A DNA stretch of 63,818 nt, filler included, from Octopus bimaculoides (lineage: Eukaryota), in NCBI RefSeq assembly GCF_001194135.2. It is 14 parts of 14 records of this genome, joined end to end, with 100 filler letters (N's around TTAATTAATTAA, not from the genome) between each part and the next. Parts side by side here need not be neighbours in the genome. Positions count along the whole stretch, not along the records: positions 6,678 to 20,677 come from NC_068992.1; positions 20,778 to 22,691 come from NW_026365972.1; positions 22,792 to 30,957 come from NC_068983.1; 11 more parts are not named here. One strand, 5' to 3'. Positions 11,661 through 25,252 of this stretch are shown in pieces. How positions within the stretch are numbered: the stretch's first letter is position 1; every line of letters begins with the position of its first letter. A program made the position numbers and the translations under genes. Under the pieces are notes generated by a model. The model was given only the letters and a program-made list of their open reading frames with translations, ran no database searches and was not told the origin of the DNA.

Positions 11661-13125
11661 GAGAAAAACAACAGCTGAAGCACATGAGGAAGAGAGGGAA
11701 AAGATCCTCAATACTCATGTGATGATGCGCTCAAACATCTGCGGGACCAAAGAAACGCACAACAAACAACTTTGAAGCCCGAATAATGACATCCCAACGT
11801 GATAGGGACTCTGCAAGGATCATAGAGTGACTACCGATTCAGTGGTAAGACCACCAACAAGACCGGTCTGCAGAGCTAATATTGCTAGCAACTACAGAAT
11901 CTACTTCCTCTCTATGATCATACGCCCCATAATCAAGATGTCCCCGGGGGTGTGTGACAGCACAAAAGACCTCCTCAACGAATGTAACCACGCCTGCGAC
12001 CTGACTGGATGCGTAATAAGCAGTATGGATGTGATGTCCCTAAACCTATCCATTGACGTTGACTTTGCTGTGGAGTAATGCGCAGAAATGAATGGTGAGA
12101 ACGACGTGGAATTTCGTCGTGCTTACATAGAAGAATTGGGTCTCCATTTAAGAATCACATCTGACAAAGAGTACTTATACCAACATGACCTTAGCTGTTC
12201 CTGTCTCAGTAAATCACTTAGAGGGAGAGCCCCATACTATACCCTCAATGGATAAGAAGACTTCTAAAGAAAAATGGAAGTATACGGACTCCCACTCCCC
12301 GAAAACTATGACCAGGCGAGAAAAAATGGTTGCGCATGTAGTAGGTGCGAGAAAAAAGTTATACTGAAGGGTCACTTGTTTTAGTTTAATAATACGATAT
12401 ACGCCGAAGAAGAGGGTCCAGCTATCGCTTTCATTATCGCTGGTGAGGTCGCTAACCACTTTGTGGTATGGTGGGATAGGAGACTCAAAGAAAGTTTTGC
12501 AGAGAGCTCCATAAACCTAACTATGTACACCCGTTATGTGGATGATAACAACATGGTAGAAAAAGCACCCCTACAAAACGGTGTCCATAAACTAGAAGCT
12601 AGCACCATGGAGAGCATCCAGCTAATAGCTAACTCCGTCTACCAGAGTATTAAAGTAATAGTAGATTACCATATTAAGTACCCTAATTACGGACTGCCCG
12701 TTTTGGATACTGAACTCCGGAAACTAAGAATAACAAGGTCCAGATGCTTCATTCCCACCATGCCAAAATCATGGCCTCCAAATACCTGGTCCACCGGAAC
12801 ACAGCAATAGCGGATAATATCGAGTTCAATATCCTAACAGTGGACTTGATAAGGTTGATGAGAAACGATTCCCGCATGGGCGACCCACCGTAAGTAGAGA
12901 GACACATACAACACTTCATGCAGTTTTTTGGGTCCAGGCTAAGAGACAGGATCAGAGTGTACAAAGGAGCCGGGGCAAAATACAAGACTATCATAAACAA
13001 TGACGGAAATGGGATCTGTCCGCTGCACAGGAGAAAATCTTGGAATAACAGAGAAAATTAAGAGGAAGATGGTTAAGGCCAACTCATGGTATGACAACAA
13101 AAACTACCAGAGTGTCATGTTCCAT
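11650..13125 (+). mobile_element. Penelope-like element, decayed RT domain
   Basis: PPTRPVC, SMDVMSLNLSID (motif A), YTRYVDD (motif C), IKVIVDY..LPVLDTE. Many stops and frameshifts. Confidence 0.75.
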
Positions 13126-13904
13126 GGAGTCGAACTAGTGTATCTTTTTAGGAAAACCTTAGATAAGATGTAGATACAAGACAACGGCGTATGGTGGAGA
13201 GACGGCACGTGGCATAGTTGAGCGGATAAGTGCCCATCGGCGGGAGCGCAAAGATGAGCAAATGCTTAGCGGCATTTCGTCTGCCTTTACGTACAAATTC
13301 TGCCGAAGTTGACTTTGTCTTTCATGCTTTCGGGGTCGATGAAATATGTACCCGTTGAACACTGGGTTCGATTACGTCGACTATCCCTTTCCCATTAAAT
13401 GTCGGCCTTGTCCCTATAACAGAAAAGATTTTTGATGACAATTTTACTTTTTATTTCCTCGCTATTCATAGGAGGATGAAGAGAAAGAATATCATTGTTT
13501 CAAGGACCTTTTCTCAGGAAGTTCTTAAATGGTTTTGGTCTAAGATCGGGAATAAAAGGAAATTTATTTACATCAGAATGAATTATATCGTGAATGTTAG
13601 CAAAAAATAATGCTTTACCAACCCTATAAGTGAAACTTGTATAATCGACTGCAGATGATTTGTTCAACAAATTCTTGCAGGCGGTACTCCAGCATGGCCA
13701 GAGTTGAATGATTGGAACAAATAAAAGTAAGATACGGTGATGGAATTCGGCCGAAAGACAAGTTATGTCTGACTTTCAAACATGGGAAAACAATTTTCCT
13801 CCACCCCAAAAGTTTATAATACTGGGTCCTTGGCACAAATACTCAGTTATTAGACAAAACATAATATAGAAAGGTAATATGAACAGGAAGAAAAACGACC
13901 AAAG

Positions 13905-14126
13905 AATATTGGTCTCAAACTTTGACACAAGGCCAGCAATTTCGGGGAGGGGGTTAAGTCGATTACAATCGACTCCAGTCTACACCTGGCTTTTATTTCA
14001 TCGATCTCCGAGAGGATGGAAGGCAAAGTCGACCTCGGTGGAATTTGAACTCAGATCGTAGCGGCAGACGAAATACCGTTAAGCATTTCGTCCGGCGTGC
14101 TAACGTTTCTGCCGGCTCGCCGCCTT
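13905..14126 (-). mobile_element. SINE group C, near full length
   Basis: Reverse complement aaggcggcgagccggcagaaacgttagcacgccgg ... gagttcaaattcc ... ggccttgtgtcaaagtttgagacc. Confidence 0.8.
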
Positions 14127-14145
14127 AATATTAATAATGATGAAG

Positions 14146-14183
<38 letters not shown>

Positions 14184-14312
14184 CCTTTCTACTGAAATTC
14201 GATGGGAGGAGATACATCGAGTGTATCGACCCGTGGCGCTCAACTGGTCCATATATATATAAAGTATATACTTAGAAACACATGTAGTTTGTATTATTGT
14301 GCATACATACTA

Positions 14313-14510
14313 CAGGGTTGGCCCAAAGTCACTCGACAGTAAATCAAAATTCCATAAATACTGAAGATTAAGTTTTATTTATTCATTCTAAGTATGAATG
14401 TTTAATAATTGAATAAATGATGTGAGTTAAAATCTCATTTTTTTTCCTTAACATTAATCTTGGAATTAAGTGGTTTTGATTTACTGTCAGGTGACATTTG
14501 GCCAACCCTG
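14313..14510. mobile_element. Tc1/mariner-type MITE
   Basis: TIRs cagggttggcc.aa.gtcac..gacagtaaatcaaaa and its reverse complement, with TA on both sides. Confidence 0.88.
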
Positions 14511-14989
14511 TATGTGTATAAGCACAATTGGTGCTTATTTTATCGACCCTGAAAAAAAAAAAAGAACAAAAAACCGAAGNNNNNNNNNNNNNNAAAAACC
14601 GAAAGGGTAACTCGACCTTAGCGGAATTTGAACCTGGAGTATAAAGACAGACGAAATTCTGTCATGCATTTTGCGCGGTTTGCTAACAACTCTGTCACCT
14701 CACCAAATTGAATCCGTTGACAAAAACGACTGATAAAGATTAATCGAAACTTAAGAAAATGTGGCGGACGGAGAATTCCCCTAACAACAAGACAATATTC
14801 CATAATGCATTTGCAGTACCAGTGCTGATGGCAACATTTGAGATACTAGTCTACATCATAGAAAAAAAATTCGTTCCGTAGATTTTTAAAACCGGTAAGA
14901 ATTTGGTATTAACTGCGAGCAGCAACCAAACTCTTGTACTGAGTGACTTTGATTCACACGCATAATGAATAACACACATCCACAAATAA

Positions 14990-16309
14990 ACTCACTCAGA
15001 CAAACAAACACTTACACACAAAAAACACACATACACACTTGCATTAAAAACATACGCACATATTGAGCTACGCACGATACGGAAGCATAGACACACACAC
15101 ACATACATACACACATACATATATACATACGCGTGCATACACAGACAGACACACATTAACACACACAAACACGCACACATGGGCGCACACATACACACTT
15201 ACACACGTACGCACACACACACTCACACACACACCCACGCACACACACACATAACACACGCACACATGCACGCACACACACATAACACGCATACACATGT
15301 GCACACACACACAAATGGGCACACACACACACACACACACTCTCTCACACTCGTACGCATAAAGACATGCACACACACTCACACACACATATACCTCTGA
15401 CACACACACTTACACCTCCCACACACACACATAAGTGCGCACACAGTCACAGACACACACAGTTACACCCACCCACACACGCGCGCACACACATTCACAC
15501 ACACACACAGTCAAACACACGTAAGCATACACACACGCATTAACGCACACACACGCACACGCACTTATGCACACACACGCACTTATGCANNNNNNNNNNN
15601 NNNNNNNNNNNNNNNNNNNNNNNNNNNNNNNNNNNNNNNNNNNNNNNNNNNNNNNNNNNNNNNNNNNNNNNNNNACACACACACACACTCTCTCACACTC
15701 GTACGCATAAAGACATGCACACACACTCACACACACATATACCTCTGACACACACACTTACACCTCCCACACACACACATAAGTGCGCACACAGTCACAG
15801 ACACACACAGTTACACCCACCCACACACGCGCGCACAAACATTCACACACACACACAGTCAAACACACGTAAGCATACACACACACATTAACGCACACAC
15901 ACGCACACGCACTTATGCACACACACGCACTTATGCACACACACTGACACACACGCATACACAAACACACACATGCATACACGCAACACATACAAGAATC
16001 CGCAATCTCACGCACAAAACACATTTACAGACACATCAAACACACACATACTTATATATATATAAGCACACACAAACACATTTATGATCGTTCACAAAAC
16101 ACACTTACAAACACACACGTACAAAGACTACCATACACATACATACATACATGCATAATACATACATACATACATACATACATACATACATGCGTACACA
16201 CTCTCTCATCTCTCTTACATAGATTCAGATACTTTCGCGTACAGAAACTCTCTCACACACACACACAAACGCGCTCAAATACACACACAGTGAAAGCACN
16301 NNNNNNNNN

Positions 16310-16369
<60 letters not shown>

Positions 16370-16375
16370 GCACTT
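14990..16375. repeat. Long degenerate (CA)-rich tract with an internal ~350-bp duplication around a gap
   Basis: About 15330-15590 recurs at about 15680-15940. Confidence 0.9.
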
Positions 16376-16649
16376 ACAATGTACTTATTTCCCTCCATGA
16401 AGCTAAATCAAAACTAAAATTAATTTGAAGAACATCTTAAAATCTCTGAGAGTAAAACATCTTCAAAATGCTAAAAGAAAAACAAAAAGACAAAACGAAG
16501 ATTGTATGATGTGGAATAAACCAACGGGAAATTTCTTGTGATATTTTATATATACATACATTTATATATACATACGTAGAAACGTACACACAGGCGTACA
16601 TATATTCATACATTCATACATTGAGACATGCATCTGTGTGTGTGTCTCT

Positions 16650-16653
16650 CTCT

Positions 16654-16688
<35 letters not shown>

Positions 16689-17350
16689 CATATATGCAAA
16701 CATTATATATATATGTGTGTGTGTTTATGCGTGTATGTATATTTATGCTTGTGTTTATATGTATATATACATACATGTTTATATAAATTTATATATATAT
16801 ATAAATTTGTGTATATATATATATATTTATATAAATATATTTGTGTGTATATATATATGTATATATATATATATGTATATATATATGTGTATATATATAT
16901 GTGTATATATGTATATATATATACATATATANNNNNNNNNNNNNNNNNNNNNNNNNNNNNNNNNNNNNNNNNNNNNNNNNNNNNNNNNNNNNNNNNNNNN
17001 NNNNNNNNNNNNNNNNNNNNNNNNNNNNNNNNNNNNNNNNNNNNNNNNNNNNNNNNNNNNNNNNNNNNNNNNNNNNNNNNNNNNNNNNNNNNNNNNNNNN
17101 NNNNNNNNNNNNNNNNNNNNNNNNNNNNNNNNNNNNNNNNNNNNNNNNNNNNNNNNNNNNNNNNNNNNNNNNNNNNNNNNNNNNNNNNNNNNNNNNNNNN
17201 NNNNNNNNNNNNNNNNNNNNNNNNNNNNNNNNNNNNNNNNATATATATATATATATATATATATATATAACATATATGTGTGTGTGTGTGTGTATGCACT
17301 CACATACACATACATACATAATACATATTTATATGCATACATACTTATGC
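16650..17350. repeat. (TA)/(TG) degenerate microsatellite
   Basis: Direct reading, includes a gap. Confidence 0.9.
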
Positions 17351-17688
17351 ATGCCTAGATGCAGAGACACACACGCAGACATATATGCATGTGTAACTGT
17401 AATATGCACGTAAACGTACATACAGTCTGGAAATATGATCCGGTGAGATTTCTGAGATATATTTCCGGCTGCATTGATCTGGTAGAATGGTAAGCGCTTT
17501 GGTTAGGATCAAATACCTAACGGCAGTATTGTCTGCTTTATTCTCCCTGGGTTCAAATCCCATCTCAATCAACTGCCTTTGTTACTGTATGGAAGTCACT
17601 CCTAAATATTATATGTATGTATGTATGTAGAACTATGCATCTTCAAAAATTATTTATTACAGTTTTATTTAGATGAAAGTTATTAAAC

Positions 17689-18419
17689 AGGCGCATGCAT
17701 GGCTGTGTGGTTAGAAGCTTGCTTGGCGACTACATGATTCCTGGTTCAGACGCACTGCGTGGCACCTTGGCTGAGTTTCTTCAACTATAGTCTTGGGCCA
17801 ACCAAAGTCCTTCGAATGGACATAGTGCACGAAAACTGAAAGGAGGCCGCCGTATATATATATATATATATNNNNNNNNNNNNNNNNNNNNNNNNNNNNN
17901 NNNNNNNNNNNNNNNNNNNNNNNNNNNNNNNNNNNNNNNNNNNNNNNNNNNNNNNNNNNNNNNNNNNNNNNNNNNNNNNNNNNNNNNNNNNNNNNNNNNN
18001 NNNNNNNNNNNNNNNNNNNNNNNNNNNNNNNNNNNNNNNNNNNNNNNNNNNNNNNNNNNNNNNNNNNNNNNNNNNNNNNNNNNNNNNNNNNNNNNNNNNN
18101 NNNNNNNNNNNNNNNNNNNNNNNNNNNNNNNNNNNNNNNNNNNNNNNNNNNNNNNNNNNNNNNNNNNNNNNNNNNNNNNNNNNNNNNNNNNNNNNNNNNN
18201 NNNNNNNNNNNNNNNNNNNNNNNNNNNNNNNNNNNNNNNNNNNNNNNNNNNNNNNNNNNNNNNNNNNNNNNNNNNNNNNNNNNNNNNNNNNNNNNNNNNN
18301 NNNNNNNNNNNNNNNNNNNNNNNNNNNNNNNNNNNNNNNNNNNNNNNNNNNNNNNNNNNNNNNNNNNNNNNNNNNNNNNNNNNNNNNNNNNNNNNNNNNN
18401 NNNNNNNNNNNACACACAA

Positions 18420-18451
<32 letters not shown>

Positions 18452-18785
18452 ACACAAACACACACACACACACACATACACACACATATATATATGCACA
18501 TACACACACACAGACATATATATGTGTGTGTATGTGTATGCGTGTAGGCATGTGAGCATATGTGTGTCTTTGTGTTAGTGTTTATTCTTCACTAAATCGT
18601 TTGAGAACCGGTGTTGGTGTGTTTACGTTCTTGTTACTTAGCTGTTTAGCGAAAGAGTCTAATAGAATAATTACCAGGCTTAAAAAAAATGTGCTGCGGT
18701 TGATCCGTTCGACTAAAAACACTTGAAGGTGGTGCCCCAGTATGGCCGCGGTCTAATTATTGAAACAAGTAAAAAATAAAAGACA
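17689..18785 (+). mobile_element. SINE group A with greatly expanded internal microsatellite spanning a gap
   Basis: Head at 17689-17853 and tail at about 18560-18785 in the same orientation. Continuity across the gap is assumed. Confidence 0.65.
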
Positions 18786-19061
18786 AAAAACTCTCAGAAC
18801 ACCTTCAAGAAATAGATCTTGACGCTGTAGATTTCTGCGTTCTTCTAGAATGCTGGGATTACAGACTGTGAGTGGTGTGTGTAATCCTGTGCAGACGCTT
18901 CAGGCTTCAGGCTTAATCTATCGAGTGAAGTAACGTGTAATGGAATATGTTAAACAACTGTGCGTGCTTCCTGTCGTTCGATATGCTTAGCGAGATCTGG
19001 ATTGTATCACAGTACTCTTCAATAACAACAACAACAACTACTACTACTGCTGCTGCTGCTG

Positions 19062-19123
<62 letters not shown>

Positions 19124-19346
19124 GTATATATATAATAGGAAAATTATACGCATGTGTCTAATTAGATTAAATGTTGAGTAGAGCACCGGCACCGTTCCTC
19201 GAAATTGATGGACATGCTATCCGACACAAAAGATCTTTAGTGAGATTATTATTTTTTTTTTTATGTACTTGAAGAGTCTCAGGACGACGGGCCGAAACAT
19301 ATGTTGTACCTAATAAAAGTCTAATACGAAATCCATCTCCTACTTA

Positions 19347-19377
<31 letters not shown>

Positions 19378-19393
19378 AATAATAATAATAATG

Positions 19394-19456
<63 letters not shown>

Positions 19457-19459
19457 TTA

Positions 19460-19993
19460 AGAATAAAGACAAAAAGATTGATGCAAATAGGCCAGACATC
19501 ATATTGAAAGACTTCAGACAAAAATCATGCCTCCTCATTGATATGACTGTCCCAATCGATATAAACGTATCTGTCAAGACGTACCAAACACTGAGCATGT
19601 ATAAAGATCTTGAAATAGAAATTAGCAAAATGTGGAACCTGAAGACTAAAACAATACCAGTTGTCATAGGTGCTCTCCGAATGATAGCAAAAGGGGCTGA
19701 TTCCTACCTAGCTCAGATACCAGGAAACCCCAAAATGGCAGAAATTCAAAAAATAGTGCTCGTGGGAACTGCCCATATCCTACGCAAAATACTTTCTATG
19801 TAATCTCAAATTTTAAAACAAACTAATAATTTTCTTATGGATTCTTAAACATTCTCTAGAACAGCATTATGTACAAAACCAAATATATGGCACCCTAGGC
19901 GTAACACCAACAAGAACTTCTATCTTGTTGTCTCCTGAGGTCTCTGGGTGAGACTTGGAGTCAACTTGTACAAATACAATGCAAAAGTCAAAC

Positions 19994-19995
<2 letters not shown>
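19460..19995 (+). mobile_element. R4/Dong 3' fragment, subfamily 2
   Basis: KIDANRPDIILKD..LIDMTVP..KIVLVGTAHILRKILSM*. Distinct 3' UTR ending gtcaaacat, with (TAA)n on both sides. Confidence 0.9.
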
Positions 19996-20074
<79 letters not shown>

Positions 20075-20089
20075 TAATAATAATAATAA

Positions 20090-20677
20090 AGCAACATCAC
20101 ACTAGATAAAGCCAATGAAATAACAGAACTAGACGAAAGCCAAACATACAAATATTTAGGAGTCAATGAACTAGATAGGATACAACATACACAAATGAAA
20201 GAAAAATAAAGAAGGAGTACTATAGACGAGTTAAATCAATACTAAAAACAGAGCTCATTGCTAAAAACAAGATAATGGGTATCAACGCTTTAGCTGTCCC
20301 AGTTATAAGCTACAGCTACAACATCCTTAACTGGACACTAAACGAACTATCTAAAATAGACAGGAAAATAAGAAAAATAATGACAGGATAATGACGCCAC
20401 CCAAAATCTGACATAGAAAAGCTATATATACAACGCACAGAAGGTGGCAGGAGTCTTATACAGCTGGAAAACTATTACAAAATAACCACCATAGGACTGC
20501 AAAAATACCTACTCTAATACAAAACTAAAACAAATAGCCACAAAACACGATCAAAACAAAAAACTGTTTTCAGTATTTAAGGAAGCTGACAAATACAAAC
20601 AAGAAATCATACTACCTAACAAATACGAAGACGAAGAAGAAGAAACAATAAAAGCTATAAAACAAATGAAATCCAAA
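20090..20677 (+). mobile_element. R4/Dong RT C-terminal fragment in tandem behind the previous copy
   Basis: TYKYLGV, NKIMGINALAVPVISYS, HPKSDIEKLYI.RTEGGRSL. Starts right after (TAA)n and runs into a gap. Confidence 0.88.
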
Positions 20678-20777
20678 NNNNNNNNNNNNNNNNNNNNNNN
20701 NNNNNNNNNNNNNNNNNNNNNTTAATTAATTAANNNNNNNNNNNNNNNNNNNNNNNNNNNNNNNNNNNNNNNNNNNN

Positions 20778-20941
20778 ATGCCAGTGTTGCATGTCTGGCC
20801 CATTTAAGAGTACCCTTGATGCCTTGGGCGATATGATATGCTTGAGAAGACCTGTTGAGTCAAATAAAACCAAAATCACAGCTGTGGTCAGTACCCCTGA
20901 CTGGCTCCCGTTCCGGTGGCACGTAAAATGCATCATTTGAA
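20778..20941 (+). mobile_element. RTE 3' fragment
   Basis: tgcttgagaagacc ... ggtggcacgtaaaatgca. Confidence 0.5.
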
Positions 20942-21810
20942 NNNNNNNNNNNNNNNNNNNNNNNNNNNNNNNNNNNNNNNNNNNNNNNNNNNNNNNNNNN
21001 NNNNNNNNNNNNNNNNNNNNNNNNNNNNNNNNNNNNNNNNNNNNNNNNNNNNNNNNNNNNNNNNNNNNNNNNNNNNNNNNNNNNNNNNNNNNNNNNNNNN
21101 NNNNNNNNNNNNNNNNNNNNNNNNNNNNNNNNNNNNNNNNNNNNNNNNNNNNNNNNNNNNNNNNNNNNNNNNNNNNNNNNNNNNNNNNNNNNNNNNNNNN
21201 NNNNNNNNNNNNNNNNNNNNNNNNNNNNNNNNNNNNNNNNNNNNNNNNNNNNNNNNNNNNNNNNNNNNNNNNNNNNNNNNNNNNNNNNNNNNNNNNNNNN
21301 NNNNNNNNNNNNNNNNNNNNNNNNNNNNNNNNNNNNNNNNNNNNNNNNNNNNNNNNNNNNNNNNNNNNNNNNNNNNNNNNNNNNNNNNNNNNNNNNNNNN
21401 NNNNNNNNNNNNNNNNNNNNNNNNNNNNNNNNNNNNNNNNNNNNNNNNNNNNNNNNNNNNNNNNNNNNNNNNNNNNNNNNNNNNNNNNNNNNNNNNNNNN
21501 NNNNNNNNNNNNNNNNNNNNNNNNNNNNNNNNNNNNNNNNNNNNNNNNNNNNNNNNNNNNNNNNNNNNNNNNNNNNNNNNNNNNNNNNNNNNNNNNNNNN
21601 NNNNNNNNNNNNNNNNNNNNNNNNNNNNNNNNNNNNNNNNNNNNNNNNNNNNNNNNNNNNNNNNNNNNNNNNNNNNNNNNNNNNNNNNNNNNNNNNNNNN
21701 NNNNNNNNNNNNNNNNNNNNNNNNNNNNNNNNNNNNNNNNNNNNNNNNNNNNNNNNNNNNNNNNNNNNNNNNNNNNNNNNNNNNNNNNNNNNNNNNNNNN
21801 NNNNNNNNNN

Positions 21811-21960
21811 CTTTTCTACAGGTTCTGTCCACAATTAGAGATCACCACTTCCAATATGCAGCTGTCCTCACCCATATGCATCACATGACCATATCAGTAG
21901 TCTTCTCTCTTGCACACTACATCTGATGCATAGAAAATCTGTTTCACAAAATTCCACTGA
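21811..21960 (-). mobile_element. RTE ORF C-terminal fragment
   Basis: CIRCSVQERRL..GHVMHMGEDSCI. Confidence 0.65.
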
Positions 21961-22414
21961 CCATGGAAAGCTGGTAAAGTGGACAGTAAATTAATGATGA
22001 TGTTCAAACTTTGCCCCACAGATGATCAAACTGGACACCAACCATATTAATATCACCAGTTTGAGAAAGCTGGTAAAGTTTTTGGGTTTTGTCCCTCCTC
22101 TGACTAGCTTATAAAAAAAATATAACTAAAAAATACATGGCAACAGCTGCATTATTATAACAAGGTGGGTTTCACTCTTGTTCAATAAGCCAAGAGACCA
22201 TCCATACAGCTTTCCTGAACAAAATTTCAGTACTCCAATGTAGATCTCATGTCACCTTTTGCAGAGGATTGGCAAAGGATTTTAGTTTTGGAGAGGTGAG
22301 TGGGAGGTTAAAACAGAGAGGAAGTTTATGCAGTGTGAAGTTGAACTCTTTCTTTAGTTATAGTTTGGAGNNNNNNNNNNNNNNNNNNNNNNNNNNNNNN
22401 NNNNNNNNNNNNNN

Positions 22415-22691
22415 TCATCATCACCGTCATTTAGCATCCGTTTTCCATGCTGGCATGGGTTAGATGGTTTGACTGGGACTGATAAGCCAGAGAACTGTAC
22501 CAGGCTCCAGTCTGTTTTGGCTTCTTTTCTATGGCTGGATGCTTTTCCTAATGCCAACCTCTCTAAGAATGTGTCACTGGCACTGGCCACAACTATGATT
22601 TCACTTGGCTTAATATGTCTTCTCAAGCACAGCAGATCACCAAAAGTCTCAATCGTCATTTCATCCAGAAGACTCAACATCCAAAGATCAT
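22415..22691 (-). mobile_element. RTE 3' end
   Basis: Contains gtgcttgagaagac (..LEKT) and the same UTR ending in (ATG)n. Confidence 0.7.
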
Positions 22692-22874
22692 NNNNNNNNN
22701 NNNNNNNNNNNNNNNNNNNNNNNNNNNNNNNNNNNTTAATTAATTAANNNNNNNNNNNNNNNNNNNNNNNNNNNNNNNNNNNNNNNNNNNNGGACATGGT
22801 GGTAAGTGTTCTGATGGCCCCTGTGGTGGCGATGGTGGGGACCGTGAGAGCGTTAGTGATATGTTTTTTTAGCA

Positions 22875-22906
<32 letters not shown>

Positions 22907-23381
22907 GTATATGTGTGTGTAGTGGTGACAATGTTTGATAGTGATAGCGTTAGTGATGGCTTTTTGATTTTTGATGCAGTGGGTGGAGGAGAAACAATGA
23001 TTGTAGGAGCAGTGGATGTATGACAGGGGGGGGGAGGAGAAGGAGGAGGTGGTGGTGTACGGTTGTGAGATTAGAGAGTGTTGTTTGCAAAAAGCTGACT
23101 GAGGTGTTAGCGGGATGACAGAAAAAAAAAGAAAAAAAATGGCTGATATGGAACATGAAGCGATGACAGTTTGCGGTCTGGTTAAAGTGATTGAAGTGTA
23201 TATAATCTGGTGATAAGCTGGTGATAAGCTGGTGAGGTGACAGATATGAGGCAATAATTGGTTCCAGATAAATCATAGTTGTCCTGGAGGAAACATGAGA
23301 GCGTCGGATAAAAAAATGCTTTGAGGTATTTCTTTAAGTTGAGAGTTCAAATCTCGTTTAGGGTACACTTTGACTTTTATT

Positions 23382-23798
23382 CAGGGCCGGATTAAGATCC
23401 ATGGAGACCCTAAGCGAATAAAAGATTTTTGGTGCTCGCATATATATGTAATTCAAAATATAAAAAAATAATAAACCATAAAGTAAATTATTTATTTTTC
23501 AAATTGAAGCATAACTAACAGGAAGATAGAAAATAATGTTTATTTTCGTATATTTTCATTTAATTTATATTTAAAAAATTTTCTAACTTTTTTAATTGCA
23601 AAATCTTCGATCAGTTCCTCCCTATGACACCATGAACACTTCGAAATTATATTTCCGATCATATAAACCACTTCGAATAGCAAGTTTGAAGTGACTTCTT
23701 TTGTGCCGTAAACCATTTACCATTTCTGTGGTGCCCCACCTCCTTCCCTTGATGCCCTAAGCATGTGCTTATTTTGCTTAATGGCTAATCCAGCGCTC
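23382..23798. mobile_element. hAT-type MITE nested in a group C SINE
   Basis: Ends cagggccggatta / taatccagcgctc. 8-bp flanks cttttatt and cttttatc (7/8 identical). The SINE sequence resumes after it. Confidence 0.72.
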
Positions 23799-23865
23799 CT
23801 TTTATCGTTCCAATGTCAATAAGATAAAGTATCAGTCAAGCATTGCAGTAGATGTTGTTGTTTGT

Positions 23866-24140
23866 TCCTTCTCGAGACATACCTGGCTTATAAGGGCCGG
23901 TTTCATTGGCGTATAGGCTCCCCAGCTGAACGGGACCCCGGTCCGTCGCAGGGGAGCTACTAGATGCAGGAGGAAAGAGTGAGAGAAAGTTGTGGCAAAA
24001 GAGTCAGCAGAAGTTCGCCATTACCTTCTGTCGGAGCCGCATGGAGCTTAGGTATTTCGCTCATAAACACACACAACGCCCGGTCTGAGATTCGAACCCG
24101 CGAGTCTGCTGCTCTCACCACTAGGCCATGTGCCTCCACA
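23866..24140 (-). mobile_element. SINE with group B head/body and an alternative 3' tail
   Basis: Head gaggcacatggcctagtgg. Tail cctgcgacggaccggggtcccgttcag ... ctcgagaaggaacaaacaacaac. Confidence 0.75.
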
Positions 24141-24454
24141 TTGGAGTAAATAGCACCGATTAACTTCCTACCTCCAAGAATTGCTGGTCTTGTGGCTAAA
24201 TCAGAGACAAACCATTTAAGGGCTGTGAGCTGGTAGAATCGATAAAGAGTCGATCAAAATACCCTGTGTTATTTCTTCCGGTTCTTTACGTTCTGAGTTC
24301 AAATACTACCGATGCCACCTTTTTATTCTTCCAGGATCGATAAAGTACCTTTCAAAGTATTGCAGTCAATAGCATTGACTAATCCTGCCTCTCAAAGTTG
24401 CTGGCCTTGTGCCGAAATTAAAAAGAAGAATTATTATTAATACATAATTATATA

Positions 24455-25252
24455 TTTCTTTATTGCCTACAAGGGGCTAAACATAGAGGGGACAGACAAG
24501 GACAGACAAAGGGATTGAATAAGTCGATTACATCGACCCCAGTACTCAACCGGTACTTATTTTATCGACCCAGAAAGGATGAAAGGCAAAATCGATCTCG
24601 CCGGAATTTGAACTCAGAACGTAACGGCAGACAATATACTGCTAAGCATTTCGNNNNNNNNNNNNNNNNNNNNNNNNNNNNNNNNNNNNNNNNNNNNNNN
24701 NNNNNNNNNNNNNNNNNNNNNNNNNNNNNNNNNNNNNNNNNNNNNNNNNNNNNNNNNNNNNNNNNNNNNNNNNNNNNNNNNNNNNNNNNNNNNNNNNNNN
24801 NNNNNNNNNNNNNNNNNNNNNNNNNNNNNNNNNNNNNNNNNNNNNNNNNNNNNNNNNNNNNNNNNNNNNNNNNNNNNNNNNNNNNNNNNNNNNNNNNNNN
24901 NNNNNNNNNNNNNNNNNNNNNNNNNNNNNNNNNNNNNNNNNNNNNNNNNNNNNNNNNNNNNNNNNNNNNNNNNNNNNNNNNNNNNNNNNNNNNNNNNNNN
25001 NNNNNNNNNNNNNNNNNNNNNNNNNNNNNNNNNNNNNNNNNNNNNNNNNNNNNNNNNNNNNNNNNNNNNNNNNNNNNNNNNNNNNNNNNNNNNNNNNNNN
25101 NNNNNNNNNNNNNNNNNNNNNNNNNNNNNNNNNNNNNNNNNNNNNNNNNNNNNNNNNNNNNNNNNNNNNNNNNNNNNNNNNNNNNNNNNNNNNNNNNNNN
25201 NNNNNNNNNNNNNNGTCCGGCGTGCTAACGTTTCTGCCCGCTCACCCGCCTT
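24455..25252 (-). mobile_element. SINE group C with alternative tail, spanning a gap
   Basis: Tail aggggctaaacatagaggggacagacaaggacagac at left and head remnant cggcgtgctaacgtttctgcc at 25215-25252. Confidence 0.65.

Noticed and set aside
15330-15940. Duplicated CA-rich block either side of a gap
   Set aside because: Probably an assembly duplication or simple satellite unit, with no functional signal.
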